Assembly (NCBI GenBank): GCA_029717555.1
Contig: JAMDHS010000025.1
Coordinates: 230,074-250,073 of the forward strand
Direction: 5' to 3'
DNA length: 20,000 bases
Origin: Peribolospora baueri
Taxonomy: Eukaryota
This document shows, piece by piece, positions 12,801 through 20,000 of this stretch. The notes beneath the pieces are model-generated. The model was not told the origin of the DNA and did not search any database. It worked only from the letters and a program-made list of their open reading frames with translations. How positions within the stretch are numbered: the stretch's first letter is position 1; the number at the start of each line of letters is the position of its first letter. Position numbers and translations under genes: made by a program.

Positions 12801-14745
12801 TCGCGCATGCCGATGAGACGTGCGCTGGTCCCTCGGTTGACCATCCCCGTCTCCACAGCTGCGGTGGCCACGGCCTTCCACACGTCAACCAAGCACCGCA
12901 AGCCGTCATCCTCGGTCGAGGCAAGGCGGGGAAAGAGGCGGCTGAGGATGTCAAAGACGTCAGATTCTGTAGGGCTCGGTACCGCGACGAGCTTCCAGTG
13001 CTCGTGGCCCAGGAAGACGGGCGGAGGAAATGACGGCCGGTGAGGAGAAGAGCCTTGTCTAGGAAGCGAACTGCGCGTTCCAAAGATCATGAAGCCGGAG
13101 CCGGCTCGAACTTTGGCACGCCCCGGGACGTCTAGAGTGGGTTCCTGGCCGATCCGTTTAGTCGGACCGAGAGCTTCAACCAGCTGGCCGATCACGGACA
13201 GCACCTCTGCGCCAGCCTTGTCGACGTCCTCGAGAACGACCCACATGCCCAACCGAACGGCCCTGGTCAACGCGCCTTCGGCCCACTCGAACATTCCTGG
13301 ATGGGTCGGACTCGATACGTAAGATCCGAGCAAGGACTTGGCGTCCACTCCGGATTGGTCTCCGAGGTGCAGCGTGAGTATCGACGGCGGAGCCGGTTTT
13401 CCGTTGGAGGACAATGCAGGCCGAAGGAGAGAAGACAGATAGGTGATGGCCGACGATTTTCCGGAACCTGGGGTGCCCGTCAGGAGGACTGGGAGCCGTT
13501 GCGAAACGTGCAGAGCGAGTTGGCGAAGGATGGAAATCGTTCCGGGCGTCTCGACGAAGCCCACGTGAGCCGACGGGGTCGATGACGGCGAAGAGCGAAG
13601 GAGAAGGACGCCAGCCACGTTGACAACATGCGAGCAGAGATCGGAAGGCGCAATGGGAAGGACGGAAGAGACTTGACTTCCGTCGACGTCCATTTCACCG
13701 TGCTCATCCGCCGAGCCTGCCTTCCGACCAGCTAACCAGCTCACCTCTCGCAACGAGAAGGAAGCCCATATCTTCCGCACGCGGTCCAGCTCTGTGACGG
13801 GAAGAAGCCAGCCGTCGATTCTGACCCGACGCACCAGAACTGCCTCTCCGCCGTCAGACTCGACCAACTCTTCATCTCCTTCGATACAGCACTCCACGCC
13901 TTCTCCGGGCATCCCGGCCTCGCCGATCCATCGCCGTTCTAGGCGATTGCGCTCCGCTTCACCCTTTCCGGTCTGAATCGCAGCAACCCGGATGGCTAGA
14001 AGTCGAACGCCAGGGTCACGGTGGGAAGAAAAGAGCTCGTAGAGGTGGGAGGAGGCCCACGGGGTGGGAAGATGGGAGGGCAGGGTCGGGTCGCAGGAGA
14101 GCAGGCGGAGGTAGGAGAGCAGCGTAGCGTGGAGATCAGGGACGGGGAGGGTGTGGACGACGGGCGAGGCAAGCGGACCTCCAGCAAGAGAAGGGTAGGA
14201 GATTAGACGATGGAGGATACTATCGCAAGTAGATAACGAAAATTAGCGAAGGCCGCTTGGGCATTAACAAGAGAGGCCGTCACTCACGGGAAAACTTCCT
14301 CGTACGCCTCGACAAGCTTGGCGAGGACAACAAACTTCCTCAAGGTAACACCATCATCCCAGGTCGACTTCTCCAAGTCGCTGACCGGTAACCAACGAGC
14401 GGCGAGGTCGACAAGAAGAGGACGAAAACGGACGGCGACGGGCAGCGAGAGGTGCGGGACGAGGAGAAGGTCGGACAAAGTGGCGAGCACGTCTCCTGAA
14501 GACGGCAAGGCAGAGGATGAGGGAACGGCGCCTGCTGCGCAGAGCAAGAGTTGCAATGGCGCTTGGGGAACAAAGGTGCAGGTCGAAGTTTTTGAGGGTT
14601 CTATGCGCAAGTCGGAGAGGAGGCGAGAAACCTGAAGAGGCAGATCGATGGCGAGCGCGTCGTACTCGTCCAAGCATCTGTCCTCTTCGCCCACAGCACT
14701 CCGGGCGTCTCTGATGGCTTCCTCCTGTGCCTTCGACGCCATCAT
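1..14745 (-). CDS. MDN1: Midasin / Rea1, dynein-related AAA+ ATPase for 60S ribosome maturation (multi-exon; 3' end runs off the window start)
   Basis: Six Walker A motifs in the 6716-13912 ORF (GTPGSGKS, GETGTGKT, GPTSAGKT, GETGSGKT, GSPGAGKT, GRSGTGKT), with midasin-type Walker B and Arg-finger motifs (WVLLDELNLA, LSRAFRNRF, LSPALRNRF). Manually inferred exons on the minus strand: 14745-14288, 14219-6758, 6677-6333, 6251-5909, 5842-5733, 5670-5548, 5477-5366, 5283-5207, 5147-5077, 5010-4860, 4778-<1. Splice phases are mutually consistent. The last exon carries midasin-like linker motifs (LYLPNVPLDPAV, WPEQ, DWEGYAS, WRRLELASW, QGFCKP) and the acidic-tail motif DGTGVGEGEGMEDVSNQIEDESQMEG in one frame; this exon was spot-checked, not read codon by codon. 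Some acceptors have in-frame alternatives. Confidence 0.97.
4779..6757 (-). other. Cluster of nine short MDN1 introns (6678-6757, 6252-6332, 5843-5908, 5671-5732, 5478-5547, 5284-5365, 5148-5206, 5011-5076, 4779-4859)
   Basis: Each has a GTRAG-type or GTGTGT donor, a branch-like site (canonical CTRAY in some, weaker in others) and an AG acceptor; lengths are 59-82 nt. Splicing them keeps one open frame from the AAA exon into the linker exon. Confidence 0.8.
7255..13570 (-). other. MDN1: AAA+ ring (modules AAA1-AAA6) of midasin, encoded within one 7,462-nt exon
   Basis: Six tandem P-loop modules run from GTPGSGKS (13477-13454) to RAMRNRGVEI (about 7290-7260). Boundaries are approximate. Confidence 0.93.
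14220..14287 (-). other. MDN1 intron 1 (68 nt)
   Basis: GTGAGT donor, GCTAAT branch point, GATAG acceptor. Splicing joins EEVFP to ILHRLISYPSLAGGPLA, in frame with the large AAA exon. Confidence 0.9.
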
Positions 14746-14761
14746 CTTGCTCTGCTCGACA

Positions 14762-14775
14762 GGTAAGGGTTAGGG
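14762..14775. promoter_or_regulatory. Telomere-repeat-like (telobox) motif GGTAAGGGTTAGGG immediately upstream of the MDN1 start, or alternatively a CCCTAAC branch point of a 5'-UTR intron
   Basis: TAAGGG-TTAGGG lies 17-30 nt 5' of the ATG, next to a pyrimidine-rich (minus-strand) tract at about 14780-14845. Function is inferred, not shown. Confidence 0.35.
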
Positions 14776-16157
14776 ATGATGGTGAGCGAGGAACGGAGGG
14801 TCGGAGCAGGCGAGCAAAAAGAGGGACAAGCAGCGGAGAAGAAACTGCGGCAAGTCCCATGTATGCTTAGTCATCCTTCGGCGTTGCTGCCATCAGAGTG
14901 GTGAAGCCCGCAGGCAGAGAGTGGAGCAGCGTCAGCGTGTAGTCGTCCCTTTTGGTCTGCATACCTGCGACTACACCTTTGTGGATGCTCTGTCCTTTGT
15001 AAATAAGCACCCACAGGGGTCCTCCGAAGAGGAGTGCAGTAGGTCTTGCAATATTCCGAGACAATTCGCAGGGGAACACCATCGACCCAAAGGGGAGCAA
15101 GACAGATCGTAAGGAGGTGCCGAGAAAAAAGGCATACAAGGAGAGGGACAATGAGCATAACCAGGTAGTTACACCGTGGCATCGATCGCACTCATGACGA
15201 AGTTGCAAGCAGTAGCGGAGCAGCCGTAGGGTTTGCGATTTAGCACTGGCGCCTACATGTCTAAAATGGACCGAGAAGCAGGCAGGGGCGAAGAAGGTCA
15301 AGCGCACCAGAACGCATGTGCTGGGCATTTACATCGTTTGTCTCCTGTCCTTCCGGCCAACCGACCCAATGCTGTTCCGAAGAGAGAAGTGAGCATGTGC
15401 AGTTTGCACGTCACAGAGGGTGAGGCGGATCGAGAGCTCGGACGAATCAAAGGTTAGGACGGGCCCATAGTCTTGCCCAACCCGGGCGCGCCCGCTCCGG
15501 AATGCATCTAGCGACTTTGCACTTCACTCGACTACTTCGGGCTCGTCTTCGCCTTCCATTCTTGTGATCCTTAATTACTTGCAGCCAAGGCGAGCATTTC
15601 CATAGTCTCGATCATCGCACGTGCGAAGGGCGTGGAGCGCGGTGACGAACTCGCGGAAGCTGACGGAAGGGGGTTTTGAATCTTCTCCGGAATCCTGTAC
15701 AAACAAGACAACGAGCACATTGACGTAAAGAGAGAGCGTTGACCTGTCCTTCGGCCGAGGCAAAGATCGGCTCGCTTGCACAATCTCCTACAATCGCCGA
15801 CGCGACATCCGGAAGATGTCTCCCTCCGTGTACCCCTCTCGTATAGGACCTATCTTCCCTCTCATCCGTGGTTTTAGGACGCGGGTTGGGCGAGACAGCA
15901 GGAGTCGAAAACGGCATCAAGAGGGTGGGCGGGAGGTTAAGTCCGTGAAGCTTTGAGAAAAAAGAATTTGGGGTCGCTCTGATGATGATGGTCAGGTAAC
16001 GGCGTGAGCACCGTCGGCTCGCACGTGTCCATATATGACGATCCTTGATCCGAACCCGTCATCCCATTGCCGGGCATACTTGCGTTCCTGGCGTTGGCCC
16101 GGTTGGACGCCTTACCCGGGAGCGGGCGCCAGGAACCTCTTTCATTTTTTCTACAGA

Positions 16158-16163
16158 TATAAA
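16158..16163 (+). promoter_or_regulatory. TATA box for the secreted-protein gene
   Basis: TATAAA about 80 nt upstream of the ATG at 16239, in otherwise GC-rich DNA. Confidence 0.55.
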
Positions 16164-16238
16164 CATGGCCCGCTCCCACTCTGTCCTCGGGAGGGTGCTC
16201 GACGCCGACGCCAGGTTTGACAAACACGCAAGCCCACC

Positions 16239-17300
16239 ATGCGCACCTCCTCCCTTTCTCTCGCCGCCGCGGCAACCACCCTCTTCGCCTCTTCCCTCTC
16301 TCTCGCCCTCAACGTCACCGTCAGCCAACCCAACGTCCCCTACGTGACCACCAAGAACCTCCCCCCTCCGTTCGCCGCCTCCAACTGCGATGAGATCGTC
16401 AAGCATTTCAACAATCTCGGTCGCTCCACCGTCTGGAAGCTCGTGGAGAAAGTCAAGTTCGAAGGTGAAACCTACGAGCCCGAAGGCCTGGTGCGCGTCG
16501 GTGCGGATCGATACTTCGTCAGTGCCGGAGAGTACATGACCCACACCGTCTCCTACAACGGCACCATCATCAACGGCACCGACCGTACCGCCGGCTCTGG
16601 CTTCGCCCATTTGATGGTCTTCGACGGCAAGGGTGGACGTATCGCTGATGCTTCCCTCACTAAACCCGGTGACCTCGAGTACCACAACGGCGGGATCGAC
16701 TACGACGGTAAATACATTTGGGCTACCCTTGCTCAATACCGTCCCAACACCACCGCCCACTTCGTTCGCATCGACCCCCGCACTCTCGAGCCCACTACCT
16801 TCCTCCACGCCGCCGACCACCATGGCGGAGTCGTCCACGACACCAAGACCAACAAGCTCTATACGCTCAACTGGGGTGCTCGCAATGCCTCCACTTGGAA
16901 CCTCAACAGCAACATGTTCACGCCCAAAGCCGAGAACTCGACCGCTGTCACCAAACCCGTGGCCGTGACCCGTAACCCCAGCTTCTATGCTGACTACCAA
17001 GACTGCAAGTTCCTCGGTCACCCTCGTGTCTACCAGGAGCGCGGTATCATGATCTGCTCCGGTGTCACCACCCTCGGCAATGCTACCATCGGTGGTATCG
17101 CTCTCGTGGATGAGGAGACCATGGTTCCCGTCTCTGAGGTCCCCATCACCATGGTCAGCGACCTCGGCGTTCTCGTCACCATGAACCCCTTCGACGTCGA
17201 CATTGTCAACGGTCGCCTCCGCGTATACTTCCTCCCTGACCAGCACAACTCAACCCTCTACGTCTACGAGGCTCAGGCCAACTCTCCTCGCGAGTACTAA
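16239..17300 (+). CDS. Intronless secreted protein, 353 aa, resembling DUF6454 (uncharacterised, probably beta-propeller-like)
   Basis: Good start context (CCACCATG). Signal peptide MRTSSLSLAAAATTLFASSLSLA. Strong C-ending codon bias. Eight N-X-S/T sequons. The motifs EPEG, YHNGGIDYDGKYIWATLAQYRPN, DHHGG, LNWGAR and DYQDCK match my recollection of DUF6454. The CDS is secure; the family call needs an HMM search. Confidence 0.9.
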   Translation: MRTSSLSLAAAATTLFASSLSLALNVTVSQPNVPYVTTKNLPPPFAASNCDEIVKHFNNLGRSTVWKLVEKVKFEGETYEPEGLVRVGADRYFVSAGEYMTHTVSYNGTIINGTDRTAGSGFAHLMVFDGKGGRIADASLTKPGDLEYHNGGIDYDGKYIWATLAQYRPNTTAHFVRIDPRTLEPTTFLHAADHHGGVVHDTKTNKLYTLNWGARNASTWNLNSNMFTPKAENSTAVTKPVAVTRNPSFYADYQDCKFLGHPRVYQERGIMICSGVTTLGNATIGGIALVDEETMVPVSEVPITMVSDLGVLVTMNPFDVDIVNGRLRVYFLPDQHNSTLYVYEAQANSPREY

Positions 17301-17394
17301 AAGAGGACCGGTATGTGGAGGAGACAGGCGCCCGAACGATCCCACCAAGCCAGATATGGATGGTTTTGTGCTTTACACGTTAAAATCGGTAGTT

Positions 17395-17400
17395 AATAAA
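17395..17400 (+). terminator. Putative polyadenylation signal for the secreted-protein gene
   Basis: AATAAA about 95 nt after the stop codon, followed by GT-rich sequence (TTGTGTATGG). Confidence 0.45.
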
Positions 17401-18126
17401 TCTTGGAAGTTGCGTTAGCTTTGTGTATGGGGGGTATACCCGCGCGGGTTGGCTTAAGGCATCACCTCGACGACGAGGGTACCGAGGCATAGGAAAGGGG
17501 GGCAGAGAAATGACCAAGAGGTAACAAGGACGCTGGACACCACGACAGGCTCGAGCAGAACACCTGGTCGTCACCCAAGCCGATCCATCGCAGGCTCGCT
17601 CGAGTCGACTTTACAGAACGGGCGTGCGCGGCAGGGTTCCGTGAGGCGGCTCCACTCGCCGTGCGCTCTGGCAGGGGCCGGAGGATGAAGGAGTAGAAAT
17701 CCTATGTTTAATCCATGCGGAAAAAAAAAGCGACCGACTCGAGCTGTCCTATCTCTGACGATTGTTGCCCTCCTCGACAGCCATCCCTTCTTGGGTTTGT
17801 TCACACGGCTTGCGACTCCCTCCGTCGTGCAGGCCGGCCGACGCCCCATTTCTGCTCGGATACGGCACCTTGTCTCGTTGAGCTTAGCGGTGTGCGCGAG
17901 TCTGTTTGTCTATGCTGCCGTACGAGCCCGCTGACGTGCGGTTCCCAAGAAATCCATCTGCAAGCTATCGCGCTCTCCAATTTAATTTTCCACGCGACGT
18001 CAGGGAAAGAGAGGGATACCGTGAGAAGAAGAGAGCTGCTGCGGCAAGGCCCGTTCGACCCGGTCTCGAAAACTACGCGCGGGCATGGTCGAGCGGCTGC
18101 CTTCACAACGGCAATCGACCCAAGCC

Positions 18127-19263
18127 ATGTCCATTTCCTGCAGGGGTGCCGCCTCCAGCTCGCGCTCTGTTCTGCGCTCTCTCTTCCGGCCGTCGGGCCT
18201 GCCGGGCGCCTTGCCCGCCAGGTCCTTCTCCTCTTCGCAGCGAGCGGCGGAGAAGACCAAGGCTGCTGATGGTTCGGACGCGAGTGACCCAACATCTTCG
18301 TCTCCGGCAAGCGACAGCCTGCCTTCTACATCGTCTTCTTCTGCGTCGTCCGCTCCTCGAGAACAGCGGGGGTCGCGAGTGGACGCCGCTCTGGACCTCT
18401 CGTCCGTGTTCAACTTCCCTGACCTCGCGCGGCCGGACCCGATCCTAGACGCCCCGAACGCCTCCATCCGCACCGCGTCGGCCATCACGCTCAACTCGCC
18501 CGCCCACTTTGCGCCCACCCCGCCTCACGTCTCGGCGATTGAGACGACGGGAGAGGAAACGGACCCGGTGCCGTATCTGTCGGCGGTGACGCCGTTGTCG
18601 GTGAACGAAATCCGCAACCTCTACCGCTTCCCGCTCGTGATCAAGCGGGTGGTCAACATGACGGGCAAGGGCAAGCAGCCGAGCATGTACGCGCTCGTCG
18701 TCGTCGGCAACGGAAAGGGTATGGTCGGGTACGGAGAGGGGAAGCACGAATTGGCGGGCAACGCGGCGAACAAGGCGTTCAACGACGCGGTCAAGAACAT
18801 GGACTTTGTCGATCGTTTCCAGAACAGGACCGTTTGGGGCACCGTGGAGGGCAAGTACGGCGCTACGAGGATCGTGCTCAGGTCTCGGCCGCCGGGTGAG
18901 TGTAGCGTCCGTCTTCTCGGGCCGACGGGTTCCCGCTGGACCTGACGTCGCCCGTTCGTCCACGTTCACCCCCCATCAGGTTTCGGCCTCCGAACGAACC
19001 CGTACATTCACCAGGTGCTTAAAGCGGCCGGTATCACGGACTGCTCGGCCAAGGTGTACGGCTCACGAAACGGCATGAACATCGTCAAGGCCACCATGCA
19101 GCTCCTCTGGGGCGGGTCGTCGCCACTGGGCATGGGCGACGGCGTCGGGGGCAAGGCGGCGAGGAGGAACAAGGGCGTGGGAATGAGGACCAAGGCGGAT
19201 GTGGAGATCATGAGGGGGAGGAGGCTGAGGGAGGTGCCCGTCGGAAAGGGCATGAGCGCCTAA
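18127..19263 (+). CDS. MRPS5: Mitochondrial small-subunit ribosomal protein uS5m; two exons (18127-18895, 18980-19263), about 350 aa
   Basis: Arg/Ser-rich presequence lacking acidic residues (MSISCRGAASSSRSVLRSLFRPSGLPGALPARSFSSSQR). S5 motifs KRVVNMTGKGK, ALVVVGNGKGMVGYGEGK, and RSRPPG|FGLR...AGITDCSAKVYGSRNGMNIVKAT, joined by removing the intron. An upstream in-frame ATG exists at 18085. Confidence 0.95.
18896..18979 (+). other. MRPS5 intron (84 nt)
   Basis: GTGAGT donor, CCTGAC branch site, CATCAG acceptor. It contains an in-frame TGA, and splicing restores the conserved PPGFGL motif. Confidence 0.92.
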
Positions 19264-19930
19264 GGCGAGACGGTGCGGGGAGTGAGAGGCCCTTTGCGCG
19301 CCATAGAATGCGATTGCGTTCTTGTAGAACGAAGCTCTGTACCATGCGAGCGTGCGAGTGTCGTGAGGTGCAAATCTGTTCAGAAATTTCAGTTGCTCGT
19401 CCCCACCCGACCCATATAAGACGCTTTCTTCCCTCTCGGCGCCCCGAACGTGACGCGAACATGGATTCTCGACGCTCCCCGGTCATCTCGCGTTGAGAAC
19501 GAGGTGGACGAACGAAAAAAAGGGTCGATTGAAGAAGAAGGGGTGGGTCACGAGAGGGAAACAAACGGCCGACTGATCTTCCGTAACCCTAACCTGGGCG
19601 CCTCGGTTAGAGCAAGACGCGCCCGTCCCGTCCGGAGATGACCGACCGACCGTTTCCACCAACCGCCCGCCGACTTCCGCGCACATATAGTTCATATCGA
19701 GATCGCCCCGCCGTCCTTCTCCTTCTCCTTTCTCCTCCTCACTCCTCTTCCTCCTTTTCGAGATGGCGGTGAGTGAGAGATGCGGGTAGTGTGAGATGCG
19801 CGAGACGGGACTCGTCGTCGGTGTACGAGGGAAAGACGGGTGATTTGCGGCTCCTTCGTGCCCATCGCTCACCGGCTCGCCTTGCGTTCTTCTTTCTCTT
19901 CCCTCCATGTTTTTGTGGAAACCCTGGCCC

Positions 19931-19945
19931 CCATCCATCCATCCA

Positions 19946-19994
<49 letters not shown>
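19931..19994. repeat. Compound simple repeat: (CCAT)4, (TTTTC)3, then T34
   Basis: Read directly: CCAT x4 at 19931-19946, TTTTC x3 at 19946-19960, uninterrupted T run at 19961-19994. Confidence 0.95.
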
Positions 19995-20000
19995 CCTTGG

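Noticed and set aside
6716..13912. 2398-aa ORF as a standalone gene starting at MPGEG
   Set aside because: The frame stays open upstream to the acceptor at 14219 with midasin-like N-terminal sequence, and a donor at 6757 precedes the stop. It is an internal exon.
15575..15920. Short minus-strand ORFs with a GTACAG acceptor-like site near 15695
   Set aside because: No convincing donor and no recognisable product, so it cannot be supported as a CDS.
14860..16200. Known structural RNA genes (tRNA, U snRNAs, U3, SRP, RNase P/MRP) in the intergenic spacer
   Set aside because: I could not find their diagnostic conserved boxes by eye. An Infernal/Rfam scan would be needed to exclude divergent copies.
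16059..17246. 395-aa antisense ORF
   Set aside because: It is a shadow of the strongly codon-biased plus-strand gene. Its V/G/D/E-rich composition is what reverse-complemented C-ending codons produce.
17571..18518. Overlapping 76-184 aa ORFs upstream of and across the MRPS5 start
   Set aside because: No codon bias or homology signal; consistent with GC-rich promoter/UTR sequence and off-frame readings.
19208..19942. Minus-strand ORFs 19208-19564, 19483-19938 and 19739-19942
   Set aside because: They are low-complexity translations of purine/pyrimidine tracts with no recognisable domain.

Overview
This is a GC-rich, intron-containing eukaryotic window, most consistent with a basidiomycete fungus (short 59-84 nt GT-AG introns; basidiomycete-like MRPS5 C-terminus). 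About three quarters of it (1-14745, minus strand) is the midasin/Rea1 (MDN1) gene for the giant AAA+ ribosome-assembly factor. I can trace 11 exons and about 4,676 codons: N-terminal domain, six AAA+ modules, linker and the start of the D/E-rich tail. The MIDAS domain lies off the left edge. On the plus strand are an intronless, secreted, sequon-rich 353-aa protein resembling the uncharacterised DUF6454 family (16239-17300) and the two-exon mitochondrial ribosomal protein uS5m gene (18127-19263). The most interesting points are the possible horizontal origin of the secreted protein, a candidate unannotated spliced transcript upstream of MDN1, telomere-repeat-like motifs (one forming a near-palindrome at about 19.59 kb), and the extreme clustering of MDN1 introns. 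I see no convincing novel multi-gene system; this is mostly a housekeeping locus with one accessory gene.
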